64,000 nt of DNA from Deltaproteobacteria bacterium (GTDB taxonomy: Bacteria; Desulfobacterota; Syntrophia; Syntrophales; Smithellaceae): the NCBI GenBank assembly GCA_026388535.1, contig JAPLJP010000093.1:14553-78552 (forward strand). The letters run 5' to 3'. Shown here one piece after another: positions 56,717-64,000 of the stretch. The position numbers were made by a program, and so were the translations under genes. Within the stretch, counting starts at the first letter, position 1. Each line of letters starts with the position of its first letter. The notes below the pieces were generated by a model. It saw only the letters and a list, made by a program, of their open reading frames with translations, did no database searches and was not told where the DNA came from.

Positions 56717-56745
56717 AAAACCGCTCTTTAGTCTCCGGCGGTTTT
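56717..56745 (-). terminator. Terminator candidate after the 56768..57520 gene
   Basis: The minus strand reads AAAACCGC-cggagactaaaga-GCGGTTTT followed by a T/A-rich tract. Confidence 0.4.
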
Positions 56746-56767
56746 ATCGCCTTATTGCCAGCTAACT

Positions 56768-57520
56768 CTAAGTCGCCGAATAATTGGGAATCTTGTTGAA
56801 GATTCCACGAAGACCGGTTGACGAATGATAGCTGTATTTTGACGCAAACACGAAGGTAAGTATTTCGTCGCTAAAATCAATCGTCCTTACGCCGGCGGCC
56901 GTCTGTCTTAACAACACGCCGCCATTTTGCCCCGTGCCCGCGGAAGCAAACATTCCGTTCATCGTTAATATAGATCCCGTAATCTGACCCGTCGCATGAG
57001 CCGTTCCGAGTTCAATGTAATTGAGCACACGATTGGTATTACTAGTTATATTGTCAAAGCCAAACTCCAGAAAAACTCCATTCCAGGCAAGAGGGGTGGC
57101 AGGAATGCCGCTCGTGTAATCGTTACCACCCCAGAAGTAATTTACAACATCCATATCCCAGCCGTCAGAATCCATCCCTATCCCTGTCGCACCGTTGTCG
57201 TAATAGCCCATTTTAAAACTCTCTACATGAGCGTTCATTACCAGATTGACGCCCAGATCCAGGCGAATAACATTAGGACTGCCGCCTCTGCAAGAAGTAC
57301 CAGGACAGCCTGCTGTGCCATCGAGCTCCGTTAAGGTAAAAAACGACTGGGCGCTAACTTCGGAGAGTTCTTGATCGGATAAAACTTTAGCGGGAAGTTT
57401 CGTCGGCGCCGAAACGGATGCGGGCAAAACAAGAAAAACGGCCGCAACGGCCAACAGAACGAGAATGATTTTATGGGGAAAGAAAAACTTCGCTCTTGTC
57501 TGCTTACAGTTTATTAGCAT
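56768..57520 (-). CDS. Secreted protein, family member 1 (250 aa, divergent)
   Basis: It has an N-terminal TM/signal 'IILVLLAVAAVFLVLPASVSA' and then 'KVLSDQELSEVSAQS', which matches the shared N-terminal motif. It lacks the DVGSSGT motif. It has a Cys pair 'GCPGTSC'. Confidence 0.55.
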   Translation of the reverse strand: MLINCKQTRAKFFFPHKIILVLLAVAAVFLVLPASVSAPTKLPAKVLSDQELSEVSAQSFFTLTELDGTAGCPGTSCRGGSPNVIRLDLGVNLVMNAHVESFKMGYYDNGATGIGMDSDGWDMDVVNYFWGGNDYTSGIPATPLAWNGVFLEFGFDNITSNTNRVLNYIELGTAHATGQITGSILTMNGMFASAGTGQNGGVLLRQTAAGVRTIDFSDEILTFVFASKYSYHSSTGLRGIFNKIPNYSAT

Positions 57521-57575
57521 TCCTTAAACAGGCTCCTAAAAATTCGCCGGATATTATATGTGGAAGTTTTTTCCC

Positions 57576-57604
57576 TTTATATATAAGCGAAAAAATAATG
57601 TCAA
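57576..57604 (-). promoter_or_regulatory. Near-consensus sigma70-like promoter for the secreted-protein cluster
   Basis: On the minus strand TTGACA (57599-57604, reverse complement) is followed by a 17-nt spacer and TATAAA (57576-57581, reverse complement). The RBS AGGAG lies upstream of ATG 57520. Confidence 0.45.
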
Positions 57605-57696
57605 GCTGAAATTTGTTTTTCGCTCTCCACATTGCAATTTTTTTAAATTATGGAACTATGCAATAATAAAAATTTTAAACAGCAGTAGGCTTAGTA

Positions 57697-58563
57697 TTAA
57701 GTTCCAGCAACAGGAGGCTCTTGCCGATTATATCCGCGGTAAAAGATAGTCAGCAAAACACCGCCAAAACCAACTGTGATGACAACGGCCTTGATAAACA
57801 TGCCGAAGTAAAACGGCAACCAGCCGATAATCCACCACAAAATCAAACCAAGCAGAGTTTCACGAATGAGTGATTGCTTATGATGGCGAAAAGTTTTTGT
57901 CAAGATAAATTTTCCCAAAAGAGCGCTAACGGCAATAAAGCCGAACATAAACGCCAGTAATATAAAGAGAAACGCCAACGGAATCAGAGCAATACCGATA
58001 AAGGAAAATATCAGCAGCATAAAAAAAGGGACGGTCATCACGGTGGCTGCGGCGCCCCCAAAAAATGATTTGAATTTGTTTTCCCGGATACAATCCGCGA
58101 CTTTGTTCAGGGGACGGGGAAATAAAAAAACCATCAGCATCGCCAGCGCGGCGAGCATAAGGAAAAAACAGAAGGAAATGATATCAGCGAGCCACGACCA
58201 TTCATCGTTTTCCTCGTAAAAAGCGGAAGAAAGGGCGGCAAAAATATTCGATGAGTTGACTTCGGTTACCCGCCCGTAAATCTGTGCGCCGTTTCCCTGA
58301 ACCACAACGCCGCCTATACAGAAAATATTACCGCGGACAACTGCCGTGTTTGTCAGCACAACCGAACCGCCTACCGTCACGAGATTTTTTTCGACAAGAC
58401 CGCTGACTGTTATCTGGCCGTCTATGACAAAGGCGTTATCCGCCCTCTGCTCCTCGCCAATGTCAATATCTCTGCCGATTCTGACGATATTCTGCGCGTA
58501 AATATCAGACGCCGCGAAAAGCAGCGCCAGCAAAACAATGAAGGCGATAAATTTATTTCTCAT
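57697..58563 (-). CDS. Membrane protein with an N-terminal bactofilin-like (polymer-forming beta-helix repeat) region and C-terminal TM bundle
   Basis: The start is ATG 58563 (MRNKFIAFIVLLALLFAASDIYAQ, signal-like). 'FVIDGQITVSGLVEKNLVTVGGSVVLTNTAVVRGNIFCIGGVVVQGNGAQIYGRV' has the V/I-x-G periodicity of bactofilin/DUF583 repeats. It is followed by about 5 TM helices. Confidence 0.45.
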   Translation of the reverse strand: MRNKFIAFIVLLALLFAASDIYAQNIVRIGRDIDIGEEQRADNAFVIDGQITVSGLVEKNLVTVGGSVVLTNTAVVRGNIFCIGGVVVQGNGAQIYGRVTEVNSSNIFAALSSAFYEENDEWSWLADIISFCFFLMLAALAMLMVFLFPRPLNKVADCIRENKFKSFFGGAAATVMTVPFFMLLIFSFIGIALIPLAFLFILLAFMFGFIAVSALLGKFILTKTFRHHKQSLIRETLLGLILWWIIGWLPFYFGMFIKAVVITVGFGGVLLTIFYRGYNRQEPPVAGT

Positions 58564-58570
58564 GCTTCTC

Positions 58571-59230
58571 TCATTTTCGGATTTTCTCTCTGGAGGCAAT
58601 TAGCTTCTGCCGCCCGTATTCAACAACTCCCGGCATGACGGAAATAATAACAATAGCAATAATTACAATGGTAAAGTTGTTTTTAACGGAAGGTATGTTG
58701 CCGAAAAAATAACCGCCCAGAAGAAAAAGGAAAACCCACGCGATGCCGCCGGTAATATTATATAAAATAAATCTCGAATAACTCATCGCGCCCACGCCGG
58801 CCACGAAAGGGGCGAAAGTGCGGATAATGGGCATGAAGCGGGCGATAATAATTGTTTTGCCGCCATGCTTTTCGTAAAACTGATGCGTTTTTATCAGATA
58901 TTCCTTTTTGAAAAAGCGGCCGTCTTCATAATGAAATACTTTCGGCCCGATATAATGGCCGATAGCGTAATTGACGGAATCCCCGCCAACGGCGGCAAGG
59001 CAAAGCAGAATCAATAAGATCTCGATATTTAAAGCCCCCTGAGCGGCAAATGCTCCCAGGGCGAATAATAGCGAATCTCCGGGCAGAATGGGCGTAACCA
59101 CGAGGCCGGTTTCACAAAAGATAACCAGAAACACTATAACATACGCCCATACACCACAACTCTGGATAATCAGCGGCAAATATTTGTCCAGATGAACAAA
59201 AAAATCTACAAAATAAATGATAAAGTCCAT
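58571..59230 (-). CDS. dedA: DedA-family membrane protein
   Basis: From ATG 59230 the reading is 'MDFIIYFVDFFVHLDKYLPLIIQSCGVWAYVIVFLVIFCETGLVVTPILPGDSLLFALGAFAA'. As I remember it, this is near-collinear with the E. coli DedA N-terminus (MDLIYFLIDFILHID...FCETGLVVTPFLPGDSLLF). Confidence 0.8.
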   Translation of the reverse strand: MDFIIYFVDFFVHLDKYLPLIIQSCGVWAYVIVFLVIFCETGLVVTPILPGDSLLFALGAFAAQGALNIEILLILLCLAAVGGDSVNYAIGHYIGPKVFHYEDGRFFKKEYLIKTHQFYEKHGGKTIIIARFMPIIRTFAPFVAGVGAMSYSRFILYNITGGIAWVFLFLLGGYFFGNIPSVKNNFTIVIIAIVIISVMPGVVEYGRQKLIASREKIRK

Positions 59231-59344
59231 AATAATTATGATATACGGGAAAATCTTTAAAAAAAAATTTAATTCCAAGCGAAGTCATCGTATAGAGAAG
59301 AGCAGAGGAGTTGTCAACTTAAAAAAGGGTTGCACCGTTTTAAA

Positions 59345-61060
59345 ATGATTATCGCCGACAGAAAAAAAATTGTTCTTGTCATCGCATTGCTAATCATTGC
59401 CTGTCTTGCCGCCTTCAGCAGGGTTGCGGGCAATGATTTCATTAATTTCGACGATCCGGGATGCATAACCCAAAATTATAATGTTCAATCCGGATTTAAT
59501 CTTCAAAATATAAAGTGGGCATCTACTGCCGTTGTTTCGGGCAACTGGCATCCCCTGACTATGATTTCCCATACTCTGGACTGGAGTCTGTTTAAAGATA
59601 ACGCGGGCGGCCATCACCTGGTGAGTCTGCTTCTGCATATCGGCGCTGTTATCTTTCTGTTTCTGTTTTTGAATAAAACAACAAACAGCCTCTGGCCTTC
59701 CGCTTTTGCCGTCGCCCTCTTCGCCCTGCATCCCCTGCGGGTGGAATCCGTGGCCTGGGCATCGGAACGTAAAGATGTCTTAAGTATGTTTTTCGGCATG
59801 GCGAGCATCTACGCCTACGCGTTCTATGCTGAGAGCTCCAAACTCTCACGGTATCTTTTGTGTTTGATATTATTCATTCTGGCTCTGATGTCCAAACCTA
59901 TGCTGGTTACCCTGCCTTTCCTACTGCTTCTTCTGGATTACTGGCCGCTGGGACGATGGCAGAGGGCGCTGTCCGCTCCAACTGAGGGCAGATTTAAACT
60001 TGCGGGCAGGCTTGTCTGGGAAAAGGTTCCTTTTATTTGCCTGACCATCGCCTCGAGCATCATTACTTTCTGGGCGCAAAATAAAGAAAATTCGGTTGCG
60101 TCCGTATATTCTTTGCCGTTTCTTAAGCGCGCCGTCAACGCCACTTTTTCCTACACCGCTTATCTGGATAAAATCTTCCGGCCGGTTAATCTGGGTGTAT
60201 ATTATCCTTACGATTTCTTTCTCCCTTTATGGAAATTTTTAATTTCCGGCATTATTCTTATATTAATTACCGCCGCTGTTCTTTATTACATTAAAAAACT
60301 GCCCTTTTTATTTACGGGCTGGTTCTGGTATCTGGGGGGGCTCATTCCTGTGATCGGGCTGGTACAAGTCGGCTCTCAGGCGATGGCCGACCGCTACACT
60401 TATCTTCCATCAATCGGCATTGCTATAATGCTCGCGTGGGGAATACCGCTTTTCTTCCAGCGCGAAGATGTTCGCAAAAAGATTTTGTTCCCGGCGGCAA
60501 TAGCTATACTTTTCATTCTGGCGATTTTAACGTGGACGCAATGCGGTTACTGGAAAAACAGCATCACTCTCTTCAGCCGCGTTTTGCAGGTGACAAAGGA
60601 TAATTATATCGCGCATAATCATCTTGCATCCGCTCTGCATAAAAGAAGATTTTTCGAAAGGGCTATTTATCATTACAATGAGGCAATCCGACTTAATCCT
60701 GTTTACGCTCATGCCTACTACAACAGAGGAATTACTTACTATACCCTTGGTCAGAAACAGCGTGCTTTAGATGATTTTAAAGAAACAATCCGCATAATAC
60801 CGAAAAGTCCTGATTCCGCCTCAGCCTACAACAATCTGGGGGTTACTTACACGGATCTTGGCCAATATCAATTGGCCATTGATAATTACAATGAAGCAAC
60901 CCGGCTGAAACCGGATTATACCGATGCCTACAATAACAGAGCGATTGTTTATTTAAATCAAGGCAACAGCGTCTCCGGATGCAGCGACGCGCAAAAAGCG
61001 TGTGAATTGGGAAACTGCGCGGCACTTAAAGATGCCAGGTCCAAGGAATTATGCCGTTGA
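59345..61060 (+). CDS. TPR-containing GT-C membrane glycosyltransferase (TMTC/DUF1736-like), tandem copy 1
   Basis: It has 'GNDFINFDDPG', 'NWHPLTMISHTLDW' and 'HPLRVESVAWASERKDVL'. The C-terminus has TPR repeats and the Cys-rich tail 'GCSDAQKACELGNCAALKDARSKELCR'. The start is ATG 59345. Confidence 0.7.
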   Translation: MIIADRKKIVLVIALLIIACLAAFSRVAGNDFINFDDPGCITQNYNVQSGFNLQNIKWASTAVVSGNWHPLTMISHTLDWSLFKDNAGGHHLVSLLLHIGAVIFLFLFLNKTTNSLWPSAFAVALFALHPLRVESVAWASERKDVLSMFFGMASIYAYAFYAESSKLSRYLLCLILFILALMSKPMLVTLPFLLLLLDYWPLGRWQRALSAPTEGRFKLAGRLVWEKVPFICLTIASSIITFWAQNKENSVASVYSLPFLKRAVNATFSYTAYLDKIFRPVNLGVYYPYDFFLPLWKFLISGIILILITAAVLYYIKKLPFLFTGWFWYLGGLIPVIGLVQVGSQAMADRYTYLPSIGIAIMLAWGIPLFFQREDVRKKILFPAAIAILFILAILTWTQCGYWKNSITLFSRVLQVTKDNYIAHNHLASALHKRRFFERAIYHYNEAIRLNPVYAHAYYNRGITYYTLGQKQRALDDFKETIRIIPKSPDSASAYNNLGVTYTDLGQYQLAIDNYNEATRLKPDYTDAYNNRAIVYLNQGNSVSGCSDAQKACELGNCAALKDARSKELCR

Positions 61061-61086
61061 AGCGGATTTTCCCTGACAAACGACTA

Positions 61087-61114
61087 TTGACTTTACTTGA
61101 AAAAACGTTAGATA
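61087..61114 (+). promoter_or_regulatory. Candidate promoter in the duplicated spacer before tandem copy 2
   Basis: TTGACT (61087-61092), a 16-nt spacer and TAGATA (61109-61114). The spacer is nearly identical to the one before copy 3. Confidence 0.35.
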
Positions 61115-61124
61115 GAAATCCGCT

Positions 61125-62924
61125 ATGAAGAAAAAATATACTTACCTGATCGTTATATTTTTAATTATTTCGTCCTGCGCGGCCTTCGGCAGGATTGCGG
61201 GCAATGATTTTATTAATTTCGACGATCCGGGATATATAACCGAAAATTATCAAATACAGCAGGGAATTAATCTTCAAACCATCAAATGGGCGTTTACCAC
61301 CTCATATTTCAGCTACTGGCATCCCCTGACATGGCTCTCCCCTATGCTGGACTGGAGTTTATTCGGAGCGCCCCCCGGAGGACATCATTTTGTAAGTCTA
61401 CTTCTGCACATCGGCGCTGTTATTTTTTTATTTCTCTTTTTAAATAAAACAACGAATAATATATGGCCTTCGGCTTTTGCCGCCGCCTTATTCGCCCTGC
61501 ATCCCCTGCGGGTGGAATCAGTGGCCTGGGCGGCGGAACGCAAAGATGTGTTGAGCATGTTTTTCGGCATGGCAAGCATCTACGCCTACGCCTTCTATGC
61601 TGAAAGCTCCAAACTCTCACGGTATCTTCTGTGTTTGATATTATTCGCTCTGGCTCTGATGTCCAAGCCCATGATGGTAACGATTCCTTTTGTCCTGATG
61701 CTTCTGGATTACTGGCCGCTGGGACGCTGGACTAAAGCGCTGCCGGCTTCGGCTGAAAGCCGCTATAAGCTTGTGAGCAGGATTATCTGGGAAAAGGTTC
61801 CTTTTGTTTGCCTGACCATCGCCGCCAGTATTCTTACTTTCTGGGCACAAACTAAAGAAGGGACAGTTGCTTCAGTAGAACTTTTGCCGTTTATCGCACG
61901 CTGCTCCAATGCTATTGTTTCCTATGTAGTTTATCTGGAAAAAACCTTCTGGCCTTTTGATCTGGCCGTATTTTACCCCTATGAGTTATCCCTGCCTTTA
62001 TGGAAAATTTTGATTGCCGGTCTCATCATTATATTAATTACCGCCGTTGTTATTTACTACATCAGTAAATTGCCTTTTTTATTCGTCGGCTGGCTCTGGT
62101 ATCTGGGAACTCTTGTTCCCGTAATAGGGATGGTACAGGTCGGCTCTCAGGCAATAGCCGATCGTTACACTTATCTGCCATCTGTGGGCATTGCCGTTAT
62201 GTTCGCATGGGGAATACCATCCTTGATTAAAAGCAAACAAACAAAAGAAAAGTTGTTGTTTCCGTCGTCAATACTCTTTCTTGCCTTTATGGTGTTTTTG
62301 ACATGGCATCAATGCGGCTACTGGAATAACAGTATAGAACTTTTCAGTCACGCTTTGAGCGTAACAAATGATAACGCGCTGGTACACAATCAACTGGGAC
62401 TTGCTTTTTTCGAGAAAGGCAAAAACAGAGAAGCCCTTTATCATTACAATAATACAATCCTTATACAACCTCTTCAAGACAGTGCCTACAATAACAGAGG
62501 AGCCGTTTACTTAAAATACGGCCAGTATCAACAGGCGCTTAATGATTTCAACAAAACTATCGCTTTGAACCCCACTTATATAAAAGCCTATAATAACAGA
62601 GCGAATATTTACGCTCAAGCCGGGCAGTATAAATTGGCCGTAGAAGACCTCAATGAAGCTATCCGCCTCAATCCCGATTATATTAATGCCTATTACAACC
62701 GTGGTTTGCTTTTCGCGAAACTGGGTCAGCATCAAAAAGCCATCGAGGACTTCAATAAGGTTATCATCCTTAACCCTAACGATATCAAATCCTACTACAA
62801 CAGGGCGGCTGTTTATTTGAATCAGGGAAACAATATCTCCGGCTGTAGCGACGCGCAAAAGGCGTGTGAATTGGGAGATTGTAAATTATTTAAAGCCGCC
62901 AGTGTCAGAGGATTATGCCGCTGA
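61125..62924 (+). CDS. TPR-containing GT-C membrane glycosyltransferase (TMTC/DUF1736-like), tandem copy 2
   Basis: The protein is 599 aa with the same motifs as copy 1. Its tail is 'GCSDAQKACELGDCKLFKAASVRGLCR'. Confidence 0.7.
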   Translation: MKKKYTYLIVIFLIISSCAAFGRIAGNDFINFDDPGYITENYQIQQGINLQTIKWAFTTSYFSYWHPLTWLSPMLDWSLFGAPPGGHHFVSLLLHIGAVIFLFLFLNKTTNNIWPSAFAAALFALHPLRVESVAWAAERKDVLSMFFGMASIYAYAFYAESSKLSRYLLCLILFALALMSKPMMVTIPFVLMLLDYWPLGRWTKALPASAESRYKLVSRIIWEKVPFVCLTIAASILTFWAQTKEGTVASVELLPFIARCSNAIVSYVVYLEKTFWPFDLAVFYPYELSLPLWKILIAGLIIILITAVVIYYISKLPFLFVGWLWYLGTLVPVIGMVQVGSQAIADRYTYLPSVGIAVMFAWGIPSLIKSKQTKEKLLFPSSILFLAFMVFLTWHQCGYWNNSIELFSHALSVTNDNALVHNQLGLAFFEKGKNREALYHYNNTILIQPLQDSAYNNRGAVYLKYGQYQQALNDFNKTIALNPTYIKAYNNRANIYAQAGQYKLAVEDLNEAIRLNPDYINAYYNRGLLFAKLGQHQKAIEDFNKVIILNPNDIKSYYNRAAVYLNQGNNISGCSDAQKACELGDCKLFKAASVRGLCR

Positions 62925-62950
62925 AGCGTATTTTCCCTGACAGACGCCTA

Positions 62951-62978
62951 TTGACTTAACTTGAAAAAACGTTAAATA
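62951..62978 (+). promoter_or_regulatory. Candidate promoter in the duplicated spacer before tandem copy 3
   Basis: TTGACT (62951-62956), a 16-nt spacer and TAAATA (62973-62978). Confidence 0.35.
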
Positions 62979-62988
62979 GAAATCCGCT

Positions 62989-64000
62989 ATGAAGAAAAAA
63001 TATACTTACCTGATCGTTATATTTTTAATTGTTGCTTCCTGCGCCGCCTTCGGCCGGATAGCGGGCAATCACTTTATTAATTTTGACGACCCGGGATACG
63101 TAACCAAAAATTATAATGTTCAATCCGGATTTAATCCTGAAAGCATTAGATGGGCGTTTACAACTACATATTTCAGCTACTGGCATCCGCTGACATGGAT
63201 CTCCCATATGCTGGACTGGCGTCTGTTCGGAGAAAACGCCACAGGCCATCACCTTGTCAGCCTGTTTCTGCATATCGGCGCTGTTATTTTTTTATTTCTC
63301 TTTTTAAATAAAACAACGAATAATATATGGCCTTCGGCTTTTGCCGCCGCCTTATTCGCCCTGCATCCTCTGAGGGTGGAATCCGTGGCCTGGGCATCCG
63401 AACGTAAAGATGTCTTAAGTATGTTCTTCGGAATGACAGCTTTATATGCCTACGCCTTCTATATCGAAAGCTCCAAGCTATCCCGTTATTTTCTATGTCT
63501 TATATTATTCGCCCTGAGCCTGATGTCCAAACCAATGCTGGTCACTCTGCCCTTCGCCCTACTTCTTCTGGATTACTGGCCATTGGAACGCTGGACGAAA
63601 GCGCCGTCGGCTAATTCTGAAAGCAGATTCAAACTCACTTGCAGACTTATCCGGGAAAAGGTTCCTTTTGTTTGCCTGACCATCGCCGCCAGTATTCTTA
63701 CTTTCTGGGCACAAACTAAAGAAGGGGCTGTTTCGTCCATCGAAAATCTGCCTTTCACGACGCGGGCGGCAAACGCATTTTTGTCCTACACGGCTTATCT
63801 GGGAAAAACCTTCTGGCCGGTTGATCTGGCCGTATTTTATCCCTATGAATTCTTCCTGCCCCTGTGGAAAATTTTAATTTCCGGCCTCGTTCTTATATTA
63901 ATTACCGCCGCCGTTATTTATTACGCCAAAAAACTGCCTTTTTTATTTACAGGCTGGTTCTGGTATCTGGGAACACTCATTCCAGTAATCGGGCTGGTGC
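62989..64000 (+). CDS. TPR-containing GT-C membrane glycosyltransferase (TMTC/DUF1736-like), tandem copy 3 (3' end outside the window)
   Basis: The frame is open from ATG 62989 to the window end, so it is absent from the ORF track. It reads MKKKYTYLIVIFLIVASCAAFGRIAGNHFINFDDPGYVTKNYNVQSGF...HPLRVESVAWASERKDVL... Its first 42 nt are identical to copy 2. Confidence 0.7.
   Translation, partial: MKKKYTYLIVIFLIVASCAAFGRIAGNHFINFDDPGYVTKNYNVQSGFNPESIRWAFTTTYFSYWHPLTWISHMLDWRLFGENATGHHLVSLFLHIGAVIFLFLFLNKTTNNIWPSAFAAALFALHPLRVESVAWASERKDVLSMFFGMTALYAYAFYIESSKLSRYFLCLILFALSLMSKPMLVTLPFALLLLDYWPLERWTKAPSANSESRFKLTCRLIREKVPFVCLTIAASILTFWAQTKEGAVSSIENLPFTTRAANAFLSYTAYLGKTFWPVDLAVFYPYEFFLPLWKILISGLVLILITAAVIYYAKKLPFLFTGWFWYLGTLIPVIGLV

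Overview
This is a 64-kb bacterial chromosomal window. I saw no rRNA, CRISPR array, transposase, integrase or phage genes. Base composition is very uneven: hand counts of single 60-nt lines gave about 32% GC in the radical-SAM block and about 60% GC in purL. Layout by region follows. (1) 0-5.7 kb: the 3' end of ychF, a membrane SGNH/GDSL hydrolase, a 49-codon DUF5989-like micro-protein missing from the ORF track, and two GT-C-type membrane glycosyltransferases (one ArnT/PMT_2-like, one TPR-bearing TMTC-like). (2) 5.7-14.4 kb, AT-rich: an ATP-grasp plus SDR epimerase pair, divergent from four tandem B12-binding radical-SAM paralogues. Three of these have a near-consensus sigma70-type promoter and the fourth only a weaker box pair. 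The block ends at tRNA-Thr(CGU). (3) 14.5-19.4 kb: a membrane metallophosphoesterase and two outer-membrane beta-barrel proteins, one of them FadL-like. (4) 19.5-32.4 kb: one long minus-strand envelope-glycan gene string. It holds a polyprenyl-phosphate GT2, an ATP-grasp, a Gfo/Idh/MocA oxidoreductase, an FkbM methyltransferase, a class II DAHP synthase, a flippase-like membrane protein, WecE, a WecD-like GNAT, and two paralogous large polytopic membrane proteins. (5) 33-53.3 kb, housekeeping-like: a neutral-ceramidase-like lipoprotein, glmM, a thiolase, a TVP38/DedA-superfamily protein, a paaK-like ligase, livKHMGF, a PAS histidine kinase, rmuC, and purL (PurS-fused) with purQ. (6) 53.3-59.2 kb: a stand-alone membrane-anchored C39-like peptidase and four paralogous Sec-secreted beta-rich proteins with a shared N-terminal motif, then a bactofilin-like membrane protein and DedA. 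This is my best candidate for an undescribed surface-fibre or functional-amyloid-like system. (7) 59.3-64 kb: three tandem, mosaic TMTC-like TPR glycosyltransferase paralogues, the last truncated by the window end. Several families of short structured or palindromic repeats populate the intergenic regions. One copy lies in frame inside an ORF and another separates livG from livF. All family names come from motif recognition by eye and from memory. No database search was run.
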